DNA of 64,000 nucleotides from Vicugna vicugna (Eukaryota). The notes below the pieces were generated by a model that made no database searches, was not told the origin of the DNA, and was given only the letters and a program-made list of their open reading frames with translations. Each line of letters starts with the position of its first letter. The stretch's first letter is position 1. Below are positions 49,566 to 62,199 of the stretch, piece by piece. A program made the translations under genes and the position numbers. The stretch spans positions 1,126,048 through 1,190,047 of the forward strand of contig MU057947.1 in assembly GCA_013265495.1 (NCBI GenBank), given 5' to 3'.

Positions 49566-50321
49566 TGCAGGAACTGGCTTTTGTGTCGCCCCTGAATCTT
49601 CCTGAATTACAGTGAGGGTCACGGGGCCTCTGCCCGCAGGTTTCAGAAGAGAAGCCTCAGCCTGCGTTCCCTGGCACCCGCCTCTGTTTGCATCCTGCTT
49701 GTCTCTGCCCCTCACACCCGCGCTTTACCCACGTGGGGCTCTTTCGGGGTCTCACGGATGCTCCGCACTCCCCATCTTCCTGCATTCACGTAGCTCCTGC
49801 TTCTGGAGTGTTTGCCTCTCTGCTCAAAGGCCATTTCAAGCAGTGTTCCTTCTGCGAGGCCTGCAGAGAACCCGGGTGTGGCTCTCTCCTTACGGTGGGA
49901 GCGCAGTGTGGACGAGTGACTCTGTGGGCTGGGCCTGGTTGAAGGGAGGGAGCAGGGGGGGTGGTGTTCCTGGTGGAACCCTGGGCTGAACACCAGCACT
50001 CTCTGGGTGGGGGCCATTTTCAGGGATGACAAACACCACCAGGACACCATTCCTGCCCGAGGAACCAGTCGCTCTCAGCGGTCTTGTGTGGAGAACGTTC
50101 AGACACATGACCTCGCTCTTCTGAGGGAGGAGATCTGGGATGGAGTGAAGGTCCAGGGACCGTGGGAGAATCCTGACGTCCGCTCTGCTGAGCGCCCCGG
50201 GGCCTGTGAGCGGCTGGGGGGTGTCGTGCTGCATGCATCGCTGCCACCCGGAGCTCTAGCCCGTCCCTGCCCATGGTCCTGGGCGCTGGTGCATCTGCCT
50301 AGCCTGGAGGCCCTTGCTCCC

Positions 50322-50768
50322 TGTACTGGACTGAGTAGTTTTCTTCCCCGCAATTCACGTCTACTGAGAACCTCAGAATGTGACCTTATTTGGAAATAGG
50401 GTGGTTGCAGGTGTGATCAGTCAAATTAAGTTGAGGTCATTCTGGAGTAGGGTGTGCCTTCGGGTGGGCCTAAATCCAGTGACTGGTGTCCTCATAAGAA
50501 GATGAGAAGACAGAGAGATCACCGTGTGATGACAGAGGCAGAGACTGGAGGGAAGCTGCCACCAGCCAAGGAACGCTGAGGACTGCTGGCTGCCACCACG
50601 GCCCGGGGAGGGGCCTGGGACAGACCCAGCCTCTGAGGCTGCAGAAGAACCAGCCCTGGCATCCCCTGGAGCTTGGGCTTTTCCAGAACTGCAAAAGGAT
50701 GAATTCCTGTTGTTTTAAGCCACCTCGTTCGTGGTCATTTTTTCTGACATCCCCAGGAAACAAATCCT
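50322..50768 (+). mobile_element. MLT1B/C-like LTR
   Basis: 'acctcagaatgtgaccttatttggaaataggg', 'ggtgggcctaaatccagtgactggtgtcctcataagaag', 'ttcctgttgttttaagccacc'. Confidence 0.88.
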
Positions 50769-53700
50769 GTGCCAGACTCACCTGGGGCCACATGGGGTGG
50801 GGCATTCTGCCCCTTCTGGGTACCCCTCCATCTCTACGATGTCCCCTCTCAAAGCCTCACTCACGGGAGACACGGGGAGCTTCTCGGCATGTCTGGGGGT
50901 CGGCCGCCTGGCCCTGGCAGGAGTGAGCACAGCCTCCAGCTGTTTAGCCAGTGAAGTGTTTGTGTTTGCACGGTTGTTTTTAATGAACTGTTTGGCACAT
51001 AGCATGCTATTGAATGCTTTCAATTACCTCCTGTAATTATTTAGATATAAATTTTAGAAATGTCAAGTGTTTCTTGGCAGAGATAGTTTGAAAACTACCA
51101 GCCTTCCACACTTGATACTCTGCTCCCATATGCCTGAGTCTCCCAGAGCAGAGGAGATGTGCCCCTGAGTGGGCTGCAGAGTGGGCCGTGGGGTCGTAGG
51201 ACCAACAGCCATGACTGATTTTACCGAGGAGCAGTAATTTAATTCATGTTAAGTTAAGCCTGCAAGAACATATGGTGGGTGGGATGTAGAAGTCCCATGG
51301 ATTTTAATAGTTTAAGACGTGCGTCAGTAATCTCTGGGGATGTGTTTTATGGAAAAAGTTTGAGAAAGTTTTCACTTCTGTCTGAGATCATGCCATCCAT
51401 TCATTTGCCGACCGTCTCTTGGGCACATTGCACGTGCCAGGTGGGCAGAGGAACTGAGGGTTTAGGGTGGCTGGTGGTGTCTTTGGCTGAGAGGAGTTCC
51501 CGCCTGGCTGGGTGGTTGGCCCTGGGTTGCGGGGTGGGGGGGACATGCCTCTTACCACCGGTGGAGTTGATCAGGAAAGAGACTGAATTCAGTACAGCCT
51601 CCCTCGTCTGTTTTCTGGGGCCATCGTGAAGACGAGTTACATGTGACATGTGGGATGTGATACTACCGTGGAACGTTTTCGATTTTAGAATTCAAGGCAG
51701 TGTTGGTCTTTAGTAGCCACAGACCGTGTTCCAGGTAGTCTGTGTGTGTGTGTGTTTGTGAAAAGTACTCCCAAGTCAGAGGAGGCGGGCTGGGCGTGGA
51801 GACAAGGAGAGGAGCAGGGTCAGGAGCTTGGCGGTGTGTGAGCTGTCCATGGTCCTGCTGCCGGCTGGGAGCAAGAGACGCCCTTGGCAGACGCCTTGGC
51901 CTTGGAGTGGGGGAGTGTGGTGGGCTCTAGGGCCTGGGCTCAGCATCCTTAGAGGCTCGTGCCGAGTGCAGGGCCCGCTGATGTTGTTCCTTCAGGACTT
52001 CAGCCCCAACAAGGATCACCGGCTTCCTGAAACCTCCTCTCCTGGTTTGCATTTATCCTGGCGGGAAGGGGTGACAGCCACGGGACCACATCTGGGGCCC
52101 AAATGCAGGCAGCAGAGGAGGTCTGGCTGTGCCAGCGGGGAGAGACTGGCCTGTGGCCTGAAGCTCAGCTCCCGTCCCATCGGGGGACCCTGTCGACATG
52201 TCGGGGAGTCTGCCCTCACACCACCTCTAGGGGGCTCTCTCGCGATGGGTCTGGTAGGAGCGAGTGTTGTTCCCTGAGATCTAAGTCACAGGCCAAAATG
52301 CAGTTTCTCCCAAAAAGCCAACAGTTTTAAAATAAAAGTTCTTGAAAGATAGCTTTCTAAGTCAAATGTCTCATTTTTAAGTCTTTAGGACCATGCTGAG
52401 TGAAGTATCCTTGTTGGGTGACTCAGAATTGTGACGGCCATCTCCCCACACCGCGCTGGGACAGCGACGCCTTCAAGCTGTTGGGAGACACAGAGCCATC
52501 CGCCTCCAGGTCAAATGGCCCCAGACCACCAGGGTTCCGGTTGCTTTGTGTTTCTAGTGGATTCTGCGGGACAGTGACCAGGATGTAGCAGAGGGTTTAT
52601 CTGCTGCACATGGCCATCCCTCCACTGGGAAAAGCCCCGCTGAGCAGGGATGGTGTCCGTGGTCCCCATGGAGGGCCTGCTGCCCAGCACAGGCCAGGTG
52701 TGTGGGCGGCGTTCAGTGCACCTTGTGGATGACTGAGCGAGGGGACACCCCACTGGTAAACGCGGCCTTTACAGAAACAGCCACTGGTGTACTTGTCTCC
52801 CGAGGAGGCATTGTACATCTTTTTTGCCTCTTTTCCTGTCCTTTAAGGCATTCTTCAGTAAGTGCGGATCCTCTGTAAAGCAAATATTGAATATCTTACA
52901 GCTTCTACCTGTTTCCTTGCTTTTGTATGTTGTGCTAAATTTCGTAACTGGTGAGTCTAGACTCTCCCACTTGGATCAAGCTGAATTTAGTTCATGCAGT
53001 AATTACGCATTCGTGCGCGAGGCCTGTTTAGTCCAAGGGCCCGTGCTGTGCGCTAGTGGGAGGAGGGCGGGGTTGCGGAACGAGCTCTCACTATAAAGCA
53101 GACCCTGACCGTGGCCTAGAGGTAGGTAAGCCACGCGGCCCTCAGCCTCAGTGCGCAGCGCCAGGTCTCGGTTGGGAAGAGGAGTGGACACGGTACTCTG
53201 ATTTCTCTGAGTGGGAGAGGTTGATCTGGGGAGATGGTAGCAGTGAAATCAGGGAGAACTTCAAGGAGGTGCTGTTTGGACTGATCTTAGGTGCTTTTGG
53301 TGCAGGTGGAGGGTGAGGGGCAGGAGAGGAAAAGGTGGGCTGTGTGAAGGGGGACAGCACATGTTTTGGTTCTGTTGGAATTTGTGCTCTGCTGAATAGA
53401 CTGGGCAGATAGTGCCAAGGCCTTGAAGCTCAGGCGGAGTCCTCTTCCCTGGAGGAAAGGGAAGCGTTATGTGGGTGACATGTGGCCACAGCCGCCCTCA
53501 GGAGGAGTCACTGGAGGCAGGTCTAGACGGTCTTGTGTGGGGAACCACAGGGAGCAGGGAGGTCAGATGTGGTCTCCAGGGAGGAGAGGGGCCCAGGGAG
53601 GTGGCCTTTGGGGTGGGGAGGTAAGGACAGGAGCCGGGGCTGTCCAGGTGGGGGAGTGCCAGTTATCTGCAGCCAGCGAGGGAAGCGGGGGCCCCTTCTG

Positions 53701-55559
53701 AGGTGTCTGCATGGCCTGCGCTCTGGGTTTGGGGCTTCAGATGAAACTGTACCTCAGAGAATCAGCACATGGCACACTGGCTGAAAAGAACTATTAGCCA
53801 CTTGAGCTACTGATCAACTTTCAGCTTAACTTTGGATGCGAAGAGCACGAGCTGCCCCTGCCTCAGAAGGTTTGTTCAGGTTCTGGTGGGGTCTCCCGTG
53901 TTGTAGTGACCGGCCTGCCTTGTTCGGGCCTCAGTCTCCAGGGGGCACCTGTTCCCCGGCGCCCGTGGTCTCTTGTCACCGGAGGGCTAGGTGCTCCTCA
54001 GATGAGGGTTGAGAGTGTTTCGTGAGACATGTTGCAAGGAAGGTCCACTCCGCATTAATAAGCTCAAGGAATACCTTTGGGATCACAATATTGATCTGTT
54101 TCGTACCTTCTGTGTTTTGTTCATAGTATCGGACACAGTTGTATGTCCTACTTTAGTAAAAATAGAAGTTTATTTAGGGTATTGATTTTCTGCAAAATGT
54201 GATTCCATCATTTTAAGCCGTGAATGAGATCAGTCTCCATATCTCCCGAATGTGCTGCATTACAGCCTTAGTGCTGATGGCTGCAGCCGGGGGTGAAGGT
54301 TCCCCAGCAGCCGATGGCTTCACAGCCGGCGTGTAGGAGCTGCAGCTGCAGTTCTGCTGCTGTGCATGGACGAGGTTTTCCAGCCAGAGTGGAAGGTTAA
54401 TCAGGTCAAGGAAGAAGGGGCTGTTCTCTGGAAGGAAGGACAGAGGCAGAGGTATTCCCGCTCGAGCCCAAATGCCTCCACACTTGCAGCCCCTTCAGAA
54501 GCACACACGGCAGCTGGGCATTCGAAGTCCATGCGGGTCAGAGAGTCCATGAGGGGTGACCTCAGAGAAGAGGTCTCAGCTTTCTTGAAAGGCCCTGAAC
54601 TGCGATGCCCAAGGTCTGCTTACCAGAATCCCACACCCCTTCCTGTATTGTCCCCAAACATGTCCAAACAGGCGAGTGTCCAGGAGGCTGAGCTCCGGTG
54701 TCCAGCGCCCAGGCCCCGAATGCTTGGGGGATTCAAAGAAAAATCAGTGTAAGCCGTCAGGAAGGTGAACATAGTGTTTGATCCAGGTTTGAAAGGGTAC
54801 GGGTACCTCAACAAAGCAGTAGACACTGCAGGCTGCAGAATACGTGGAAAGAATAAACCACTTCCATAATTTAAACTGTTTTAAATCTTTGACTGGAAAG
54901 TTCACATCTCCACCAGCATCTGAGCAGCCGCTGTCTGAGGAGTCGCCCTGGAAGGGCTTCGTGCGTCTCTCCCGGGGCATGTTTGTTGTTTGCATTGAGA
55001 GCAGGCTGCCTCCCCAGCCGGAGGCGCCAGGGCCTGGGGGTTGTTACGTGGCTGGACTGTGCTCTGCTTATTTGCTGGTCGAGTCTCAGGGAGAGTGTCA
55101 GTGAGTGGTGGTCCACAGAATATCTGAAGACAGAATAGTCTTCCAGTTTTTTATGTCAGATGTGGTCCAAAAACAGTATCAGTCTCATACCAGCCCTTTG
55201 ACAGATGACGCCTCAGGGGCCAAAGGAAAATCTGCTTATTTCAGATCCGTTAGGAAAAGGCTCCATGCAGATCAGAACTGAAAGTGCAGTGTTGATGGTC
55301 ACATTCTTGACTGGAAATCTTCCATGTAACTCATTAAGGAGAGGCGGTGCGCAGTGTTTGCTATCTGCATTTGTCAGTAGGTATTTTAAATGCAGCACAA
55401 ATGGGATTAACCTCTTTGTAAATGGGTGAGGATGTCACCCAGAGACCCACAGAGGAATGCGGGGAGGCCTGGCAGCGTGTCCCCTCATACCTGAGTGCAG
55501 GAGGAGCAGTGGGCCGGAGGTTGGAGACGTGGGGCGGCCTGAAGTCCTCTCCCCACGAG

Positions 55560-55758
55560 CTCCGTGGTCACGGTCGATTCTTGAGTCTGGCTGAAATAGG
55601 CATGTTGACCCTCTGTGCTCTGCTTTGTAGTGATAGCCTCTCCAGGCGGCAGGTGTTCCAGGCGTGATTAGGAGACTAAGTGAGATGGTCTCTGTGGGGC
55701 ATTGAGAGCAGTGCCTGGCCTGCTGTAGGTGCTCATTAAGTGTCAGCTGTTATTATTG
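55560..55758 (+). mobile_element. MIR 3' portion
   Basis: 'gactaagtgagat...agcagtgcctggcctgctgtaggtgctcattaagtgtcagctgttattatt'. Confidence 0.7.
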
Positions 55759-58254
55759 CTGAAACCCAGGGGTCTTTGGGGCTTGTGCATACACTGCAGT
55801 GAGATGTGAGGTTACGTCCCTGCTCACCCCGCTAAGCCAGCTGACCACGCCCCTTTTCCCGTGTGGCACCCAGGGCCGGGGCATTTGGTCAGAGAAGGTG
55901 GTTTTTCCTTACAGAGGGGCTCTTTCTCCAAACGAGGGTTTTCAATTTAATTTTACAATTGCTGCCCTAAGCTGGTGCTGCCAGTGGGTCCTGCCAGTCC
56001 ACCTCTGTCACCCCCTTTTGCTGCAGATGGTGCCAAGTTTGGAAATTAGCTGTGAGACCTGTGTGTTGGCTCATCTCCTGGCAGCTCATCTGCCCTGGCC
56101 CGATCACTTGAGATTAGGGGGTGGCTCTAGAGAAGGCAGCCACAGACTTGTGCCTCAGTGAGAGCTGGGGTGCGAGGGCAGCCTGGTGGATGCAGTGTGG
56201 GGGGCAGCCCCGCCTGGTACTTCCCCCGTCCGGCGCGGCCCCACGCCCTTTCCCTCCTCTGCCTCACGTCACCAGCGCACTTCCCTGATGAGGCGTCTCT
56301 GCTTTCTGCCTTCACGGTCTCCCTGCGTGGAAGCGAGCTTGGGTTCCCCCAGCCAGCCTACTGCGTGCCAGAGGCGCTCTCCAAGGTGCTGACCGGCCCG
56401 CACCCTGGCTCTCGGCTTCTCTCTGTGTTGTTGACTCAGTAAATCCCAGACCTGCTCTGACAACAAAAACATCGACTTCCAATTATGAAGACTCACAGTC
56501 TCTGATCCTCCCCTTGGTCTTGAGGCATCAGTATTACATCTCCATATGTAAACTGGAAAAACTGCGGCTGAGGGGTGGCAGGGCAGGGTTGTAGCTCAAG
56601 GCGGATCCTCAGGCTCCTTCCCTGCAGCGTCAAACTTCTGTTTCACTGTGCTTGCAACAGACGTGGCCGTGTGCCTGCCCTGATCTTGATTTACACTCCA
56701 CACGCCTGCCAGCCGAGCTTGCCAAATTCCCTCCCCAGCCTCCTGCACCCCTAGCTGACCACCACGCACCCAGTGCCTCCTTGCCCCTCTCTGCCCACCC
56801 CCAGCCATCATTACCCGACTCCTCTGGGTTTTCCCTCATCTGCTGTTGAAGCTTTTCATTTTTTATTTCGCTTCTTTTTTTCTCTTTCCCTCTCTTTCTT
56901 TCTTTAAACTCAGACTTCAAATCTGGTACGAACACTGGTGGGAGGGCACTTGGATGTGTTTACAGAGCGGCTTGGTTTTTATTCCATTAGTCGTCTGGCT
57001 GACTGCTGTTTTATACTTCTGCTCCATCCTGCACCTCAGCCCCTCTGAGCAGGCAGAATTTCAGTGACATGCTATCTCTCAATCTCAAAGTAAACCAGAA
57101 ATCCCAGGAGCTTCCTGGATTCTCCCTTAGAAGTAAACATTGAGAAACTCCCTCCCGTCCTCATGTTAGGTGGGTTCTTATGCGAACCTGAGAGGCAGAA
57201 TTAGGAGGTGACTGGGCAAGAAATCATACTGTGGGGACCTAAAAATACACATAGGAGAGTTAAAATGCTTAGGATTCATATCAGCCACAGTTGTTCACAT
57301 GGTACATCCTGGGTGTCATGAGGCTGATGAAATTTCGTACATTTTCCCCCTAAACCACCTCCATCTCATTACTTGGGAACCTAAGGGGCCAGATCAAAAG
57401 CTTTCAATCATTTCTAGGTTTCTACAGAGAATTTTCCTTCTACCTGGAATCCATCTCCTCCTTTCCTGCTCCCTCCCATTTCCTGCCATCCTGCCCTCCT
57501 TTGAAGCCTAGCCTCACGCCACCTGACCCAGAAACCCTGCCTTAGTTCCCCCTTCCAGTGGTGGGGGATGCCCTTTAGCCTTGGAGCCTTGTGCCCCCAC
57601 GCCCACCCCTGGCAGGGAAGTGCCACATTGACCTTTGGATCTGTAGCTTCTGGGAGCCCTGCCCAAGTTCTGTGCTGCACAGAGTGTTTGTGGTGGAGAG
57701 GGGCTGGTTTGGGGTCTGAACAATGTCTGGAGAGATCCAGGCATCATGCTTTTTGGATGCCCTAAAGATTTTGTGTAAATAGTTTGCTTTTCTTGTTAAT
57801 CTCTGGATGTTAGATGAGCAGAGATATGAAGCACAGTACAAATAAAGCCAGAAGCATCTTTCTTAATTAAATTTGAAATGCTAGTAATTATCCACATTAT
57901 TAGAGCAAATCGAATCTACCTTCTGTCACCAACAGGAGGGATGTTTGGAGGCTGGTGCCTCCTCACTCACGGTGGTTTAAGTCACTTGAAAATTCAGCCC
58001 AAATGACAGCTTCAGCTGCCTTCTGAGAGCTCACTGCCTAGAGGCGCCTACTTTAAAGGAGAGGCCAAGAAGCTTTGTACCCGTCGGGCACACGAGTGCC
58101 GCCTCACCTGGACTGAGTTCGCAGGAGTGCTGGCGCTGCGGTCCTGGTTGAGGAGGGTGGACTTCTTCGGAGTCTGAGTGGCACCTGAGGGGCGCTGCCT
58201 GCTGTGTGTGCAGAGGTGCCTCTGTGCCTGGGTGCAGCCCCAGAAGCAGGGGGT

Positions 58255-58479
58255 CGGGGAGGAGGAGGCAGAGATCGGAATGACACTTTACAAGTCAGGG
58301 AATGCCTGGACTGGGAGAGGCCAGGAAGGACCCTCCCCTGGGGCCTCCAGTCGGAGCCCGGCCCTCAGACGCCTTGACTTTGGACATCTGGCCTCCAGAC
58401 CTGCAGAGAGAATACATTTCTTTTGTGGTGAGCCACTCAGTTTTTGGTACTTTGTAAATAAGCCCAGAAAACTAATAAA
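58255..58479 (+). mobile_element. MLT1 3' half
   Basis: 'ggaggcagagatcgga', 'ccttgactttggacatctggcctccagacctgcagagagaatacatttc', 'gaaaactaata'. Confidence 0.8.
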
Positions 58480-60279
58480 CCTGCAGTGCCAGGTGCTGCT
58501 GAAGCTCCTGGGACCCTAACAACAGGCGACTGGTAGGAAGAAAAAGGCCCCAGCAACGAACTCACATGGAATTTCCGACCACTGGTGTGTCGGTGGGGCT
58601 GGGAGAGCCCGAGTGTTGGTTTGTATGTCTTGCACATCTGAGTTTGTGCAAGCTGGTTTGTGATTGGCTGGGTGTTCTTTGCCCTTTTATGGTTTCTTTC
58701 CTTTCAGACTACTGTTTGTCTGTTTGTTTCCTCCTCTCTCTCTTCTAAATGCATCCCTTCAAATCTCCGGGACTCTCCTCTGCTGGGTCTGCTCACTGCC
58801 CCCTCTGCTGTCCAGCTGGGAGATGACGCTGAGTGAGGGGTCCCTGTCGCCCAGAGACTGCCCGCTCTGCCTTGCTCACCCATCATCTCTGTAGGGACCC
58901 CGAAGCCTAAATCCCTCACCATTCCCACTTGGAAACCGAGTGCACCCAGAAGAGGCAGATTCAGAAGGAAATTACTTACTACTGTCTTTAAGAGGGAAGA
59001 CCGGTATCCCGCAGTTCCTGCGTCTTCCGCTCCCATCCCTGCCCCCTGACCTCATGCGTGCAGCTGCTGCCGGTCACTAGTTACCCCACTAGGCTTTCCC
59101 CAGGCACCTCTGCCTGCCCACTGGGGCCGCAGTCCTGGGTTACCTCTTACCCTCTCCAGATAAGAGAGGTAAAAAACCCCCAAAGGCTGAATTGTGGCTC
59201 ATTTGTTCCCAGCTTGGAACACTCGTATCTGTGCAAGGCAATTAAGCTTAATGGGATCACCCCTCGCCGAGGGTAAGTGGCCGACTGGGCTTGTCTGGAG
59301 GTGCACGGTACGCTTCCCTCCGAGAAACAGCCTCTTTGTTCTGACCCTTTGGAAAAGCAGCTCTTGGAGGTGACCTCCCTGACTGACCTTGGCCATCCTT
59401 CGGCAGTTACTTTAACGCAGAGCCCCGCAGATGGGGACTCCACGTGGGCGGGAAGTACTGGTAACGCGGGCGGTGATGGGAAGTCATGGCTGCGAGGTTT
59501 GTCCCAGTGCCCCATCCCAGTACCTGTTAGGTCCCAGACCGCAAGGTTGTTGAAGGACAGAAAGCCTGGGGAGCAGCTGTTTGCATCAGAGCCAAAAGAC
59601 CCCTGGAAAAGGGGAATAGAGACCACACCTCCCTCCGCTTTCGAGGTTCGATGACCGTATTAGGTTGTTTTGGGCTCATGACCTCTGGGCAGAGAAGACT
59701 TTCCAAGGGAGGAAGCTTGCTTTTAAGGTAGAGTCGGGGCTGCAGTCTGGGGCGGACGCTCTTCTTGGGCGAAGTCTGGTTCTGGCACTTCTAGCCCAGT
59801 CCTGTGCAAGGGCTTCAAATGAGTGACTGGCGTGTGAGCTTGGGGTACGTTTAGGATGCTCGGCTGGGGCTCCACTGCTCCAGTACGAGCTAAAGCTGGG
59901 AGTAGCTGGCGGGGGCAAGAGGCCCACAGTCCTCCCTGACCCTTGCAAGGCACCGTCGTCTGTGTCAGCCTCTGCAGTTTCCCTGGGACTTCTGGAGGCA
60001 AGCTTGCCTCAGCCAGGGATGAATGTCATTGAGCATTCTGGAAGGGGGTTAGCCTCTGGGGCGAGTCTCCAGGGACACGGTGCCTGAGTGTCTGTGATCT
60101 TGGCCAGGTGAGGCTAGAGCTTTGTAACTGGAACATGTCTTCGGGAGGGGCTCCATAAGTACCCTTGACGGCAATGTGGGTCCCTCGTGCACATTCACAG
60201 GGGTTCAGATGGCCATCGCAGACCCCCAGTGGTGTTTCCTGCTTTCCCACAGTGACCACGATGCTGGTGCACGTGTCGG

Positions 60280-60470
60280 CTCAGAGATCAGAGATGTGGG
60301 TGCAAATGCTGCCGCATCCATCTCCCTGCTGTGGGGGCCTGGGGACGTCACCTCCCTTCTCCAGGATCAGGTTTCCTTACCTGGGGGTTGGGCCGATGCC
60401 TCATGAGGCCAGAGCATGCCTGAGCACATGCTTGTTTGACAGTCCTGGGAGTAACTGTCATTACTCCTTG
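60280..60470 (+). mobile_element. Degenerate MIR
   Basis: 'ggggacgtcacctcccttctccaggatcaggtttccttacctg' resembles the MIR core. Confidence 0.5.
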
Positions 60471-62199
60471 TGCCTGTTTCGTGGAGTGGACAGGCAGAGT
60501 AATGATCTGTGCCTTGGGCAGCGTGGATCTAGCCTGGTCACGAGCCCTTGTGTGACTTACTTCCCCCTGAGAATGAGGGTCAAGTGGTCCCCATGGTGGC
60601 CTCCCCAGGACCACGTGGACTGGCCTACAGGGTTTTGCTACTGTCCCCACCGATACCCCTGTTTATGCCTCACAAGCTCAGTTTGGGGCAGAGATGAATT
60701 TATCTTGTTCATGCCTCTCTTGGTGACAGTATTTAATGAAGAGACATTTCAAGGCATCTTCTGAACTTATGAATTCTGAGACAAGAATCTTAGCTTTACA
60801 AAATCACTTGCAGAAACAAATTCTGAACCACAATTTGTTTGCTTAATGAAAAGAAACCAAACCGCACGGCCTTGCAGCTTGGCTGGATGTCTTCTTAGGC
60901 ACGTCCCAGCCCGTACACAGGACATGAGCCCCCGCCTCTCCAAGCCAAGCGCTTCCCAACTTCAATAGGTTGATGACCACGTGTGCAACGTAACCGAGGG
61001 GGCACGTGTTGGAATTCCAAAAGGGCTCCCAGCCTTGCATCTGGGCGAGTCGCCACGGTGAGTTAAGAAACGTGACAGCTGTCACAACTCATCACACCAG
61101 GTGCTTCTGATTGTCTGTGACCTGAGCGAGCATTTTCCAGCAGAGTCCGTCAGGAGTGTGTGATGTGAAGTCTGATGTGCCCGGGGATGGTCTGGTTTCG
61201 GGAACACGTTTGGAAGACCGATGAGTCCATGTCTGTCACTGTGTAGTGTCCGTGCTGAGGGCAGAGCAGGGGCATGTATTTGAGGGGTATGATTCCAGCT
61301 TCGGCAAGGGGGAGTGTTCCCCGGAAGCGGATGTGTAACCAGTAGGCTGGCAAGTGGCGTTGAGTCCGGCTGTCCCTCTCTCCGGGGGATGCGCGGTCCT
61401 CGCGCCTGCGTCTGCTCAGCCTCCCCGGAGTCCACTCGCTCCTGAGAACGGAGGCCCTGCCTCCTACCTGGCAGTTCAGGGTGTAACGTGTGGCCTTACA
61501 CCCCCGGCTCGCTTCAGTGTCGACTTCGTTTTCTCATGTCCCCGTCCTCATTTTCCGCCGACACTGTTGTGTAATTGCCTGCGGTCTGGGTAATTAATTG
61601 TTAGTTCTGGGCGCATCAGTGTAGTAGTCTTCGTGAGCGCCAGAGGCTGCAGTGCTGGGAAGCTCCTGAGCTGGATTTTCATCTGCTCAGCGCCGTCACT
61701 GTTAATTACGAGAGCCGGAGTGAGGCCATTTTGGAAATGAAAACACATTAGTCTGAGTTCCAGGCATCCTGGAACCATTAAGCTCCTCTTTCAGCTGCCT
61801 TGCAGATACGTGCAGATAATGGCTTCGAGCGCCGTCCTTAGATTTACGTATAGATGAGCTTGCGCGCTTGGAGGCTGCCCCTGTTCTCCTGACAAGGGTG
61901 CACGTGAGGGATGCCTAATTCTTGATTCTGCTGTGCTCGACTTTGTCTGGCCCTCGGACCCTTCGAAAAAGGAAGCGTAGCAAGCCTGGGGGCCGGCCAC
62001 TGCTGCGTATTCGGCACACGCTGGGGGTGCTGGCGGGCCGCCCCTCAGAAGAGGGTCTGCCTGAGGTTCAGTTTGTCTCCGCTTGGCCCCCACCTGCAGG
62101 GCGCCTCCCTCCTCTCGGGATCCCCTGAGCACCCTTTGCTCCTGGCCACGTGGTTTCCTCATGGTTTCTGGCTTGAGTCGGTTCACCTAGAGCTGCACC

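Noticed and set aside
56572..56605. Second tRNA-SINE head (gggttgtagctcaagg)
   Set aside because: No B box, tail or TSD follows.
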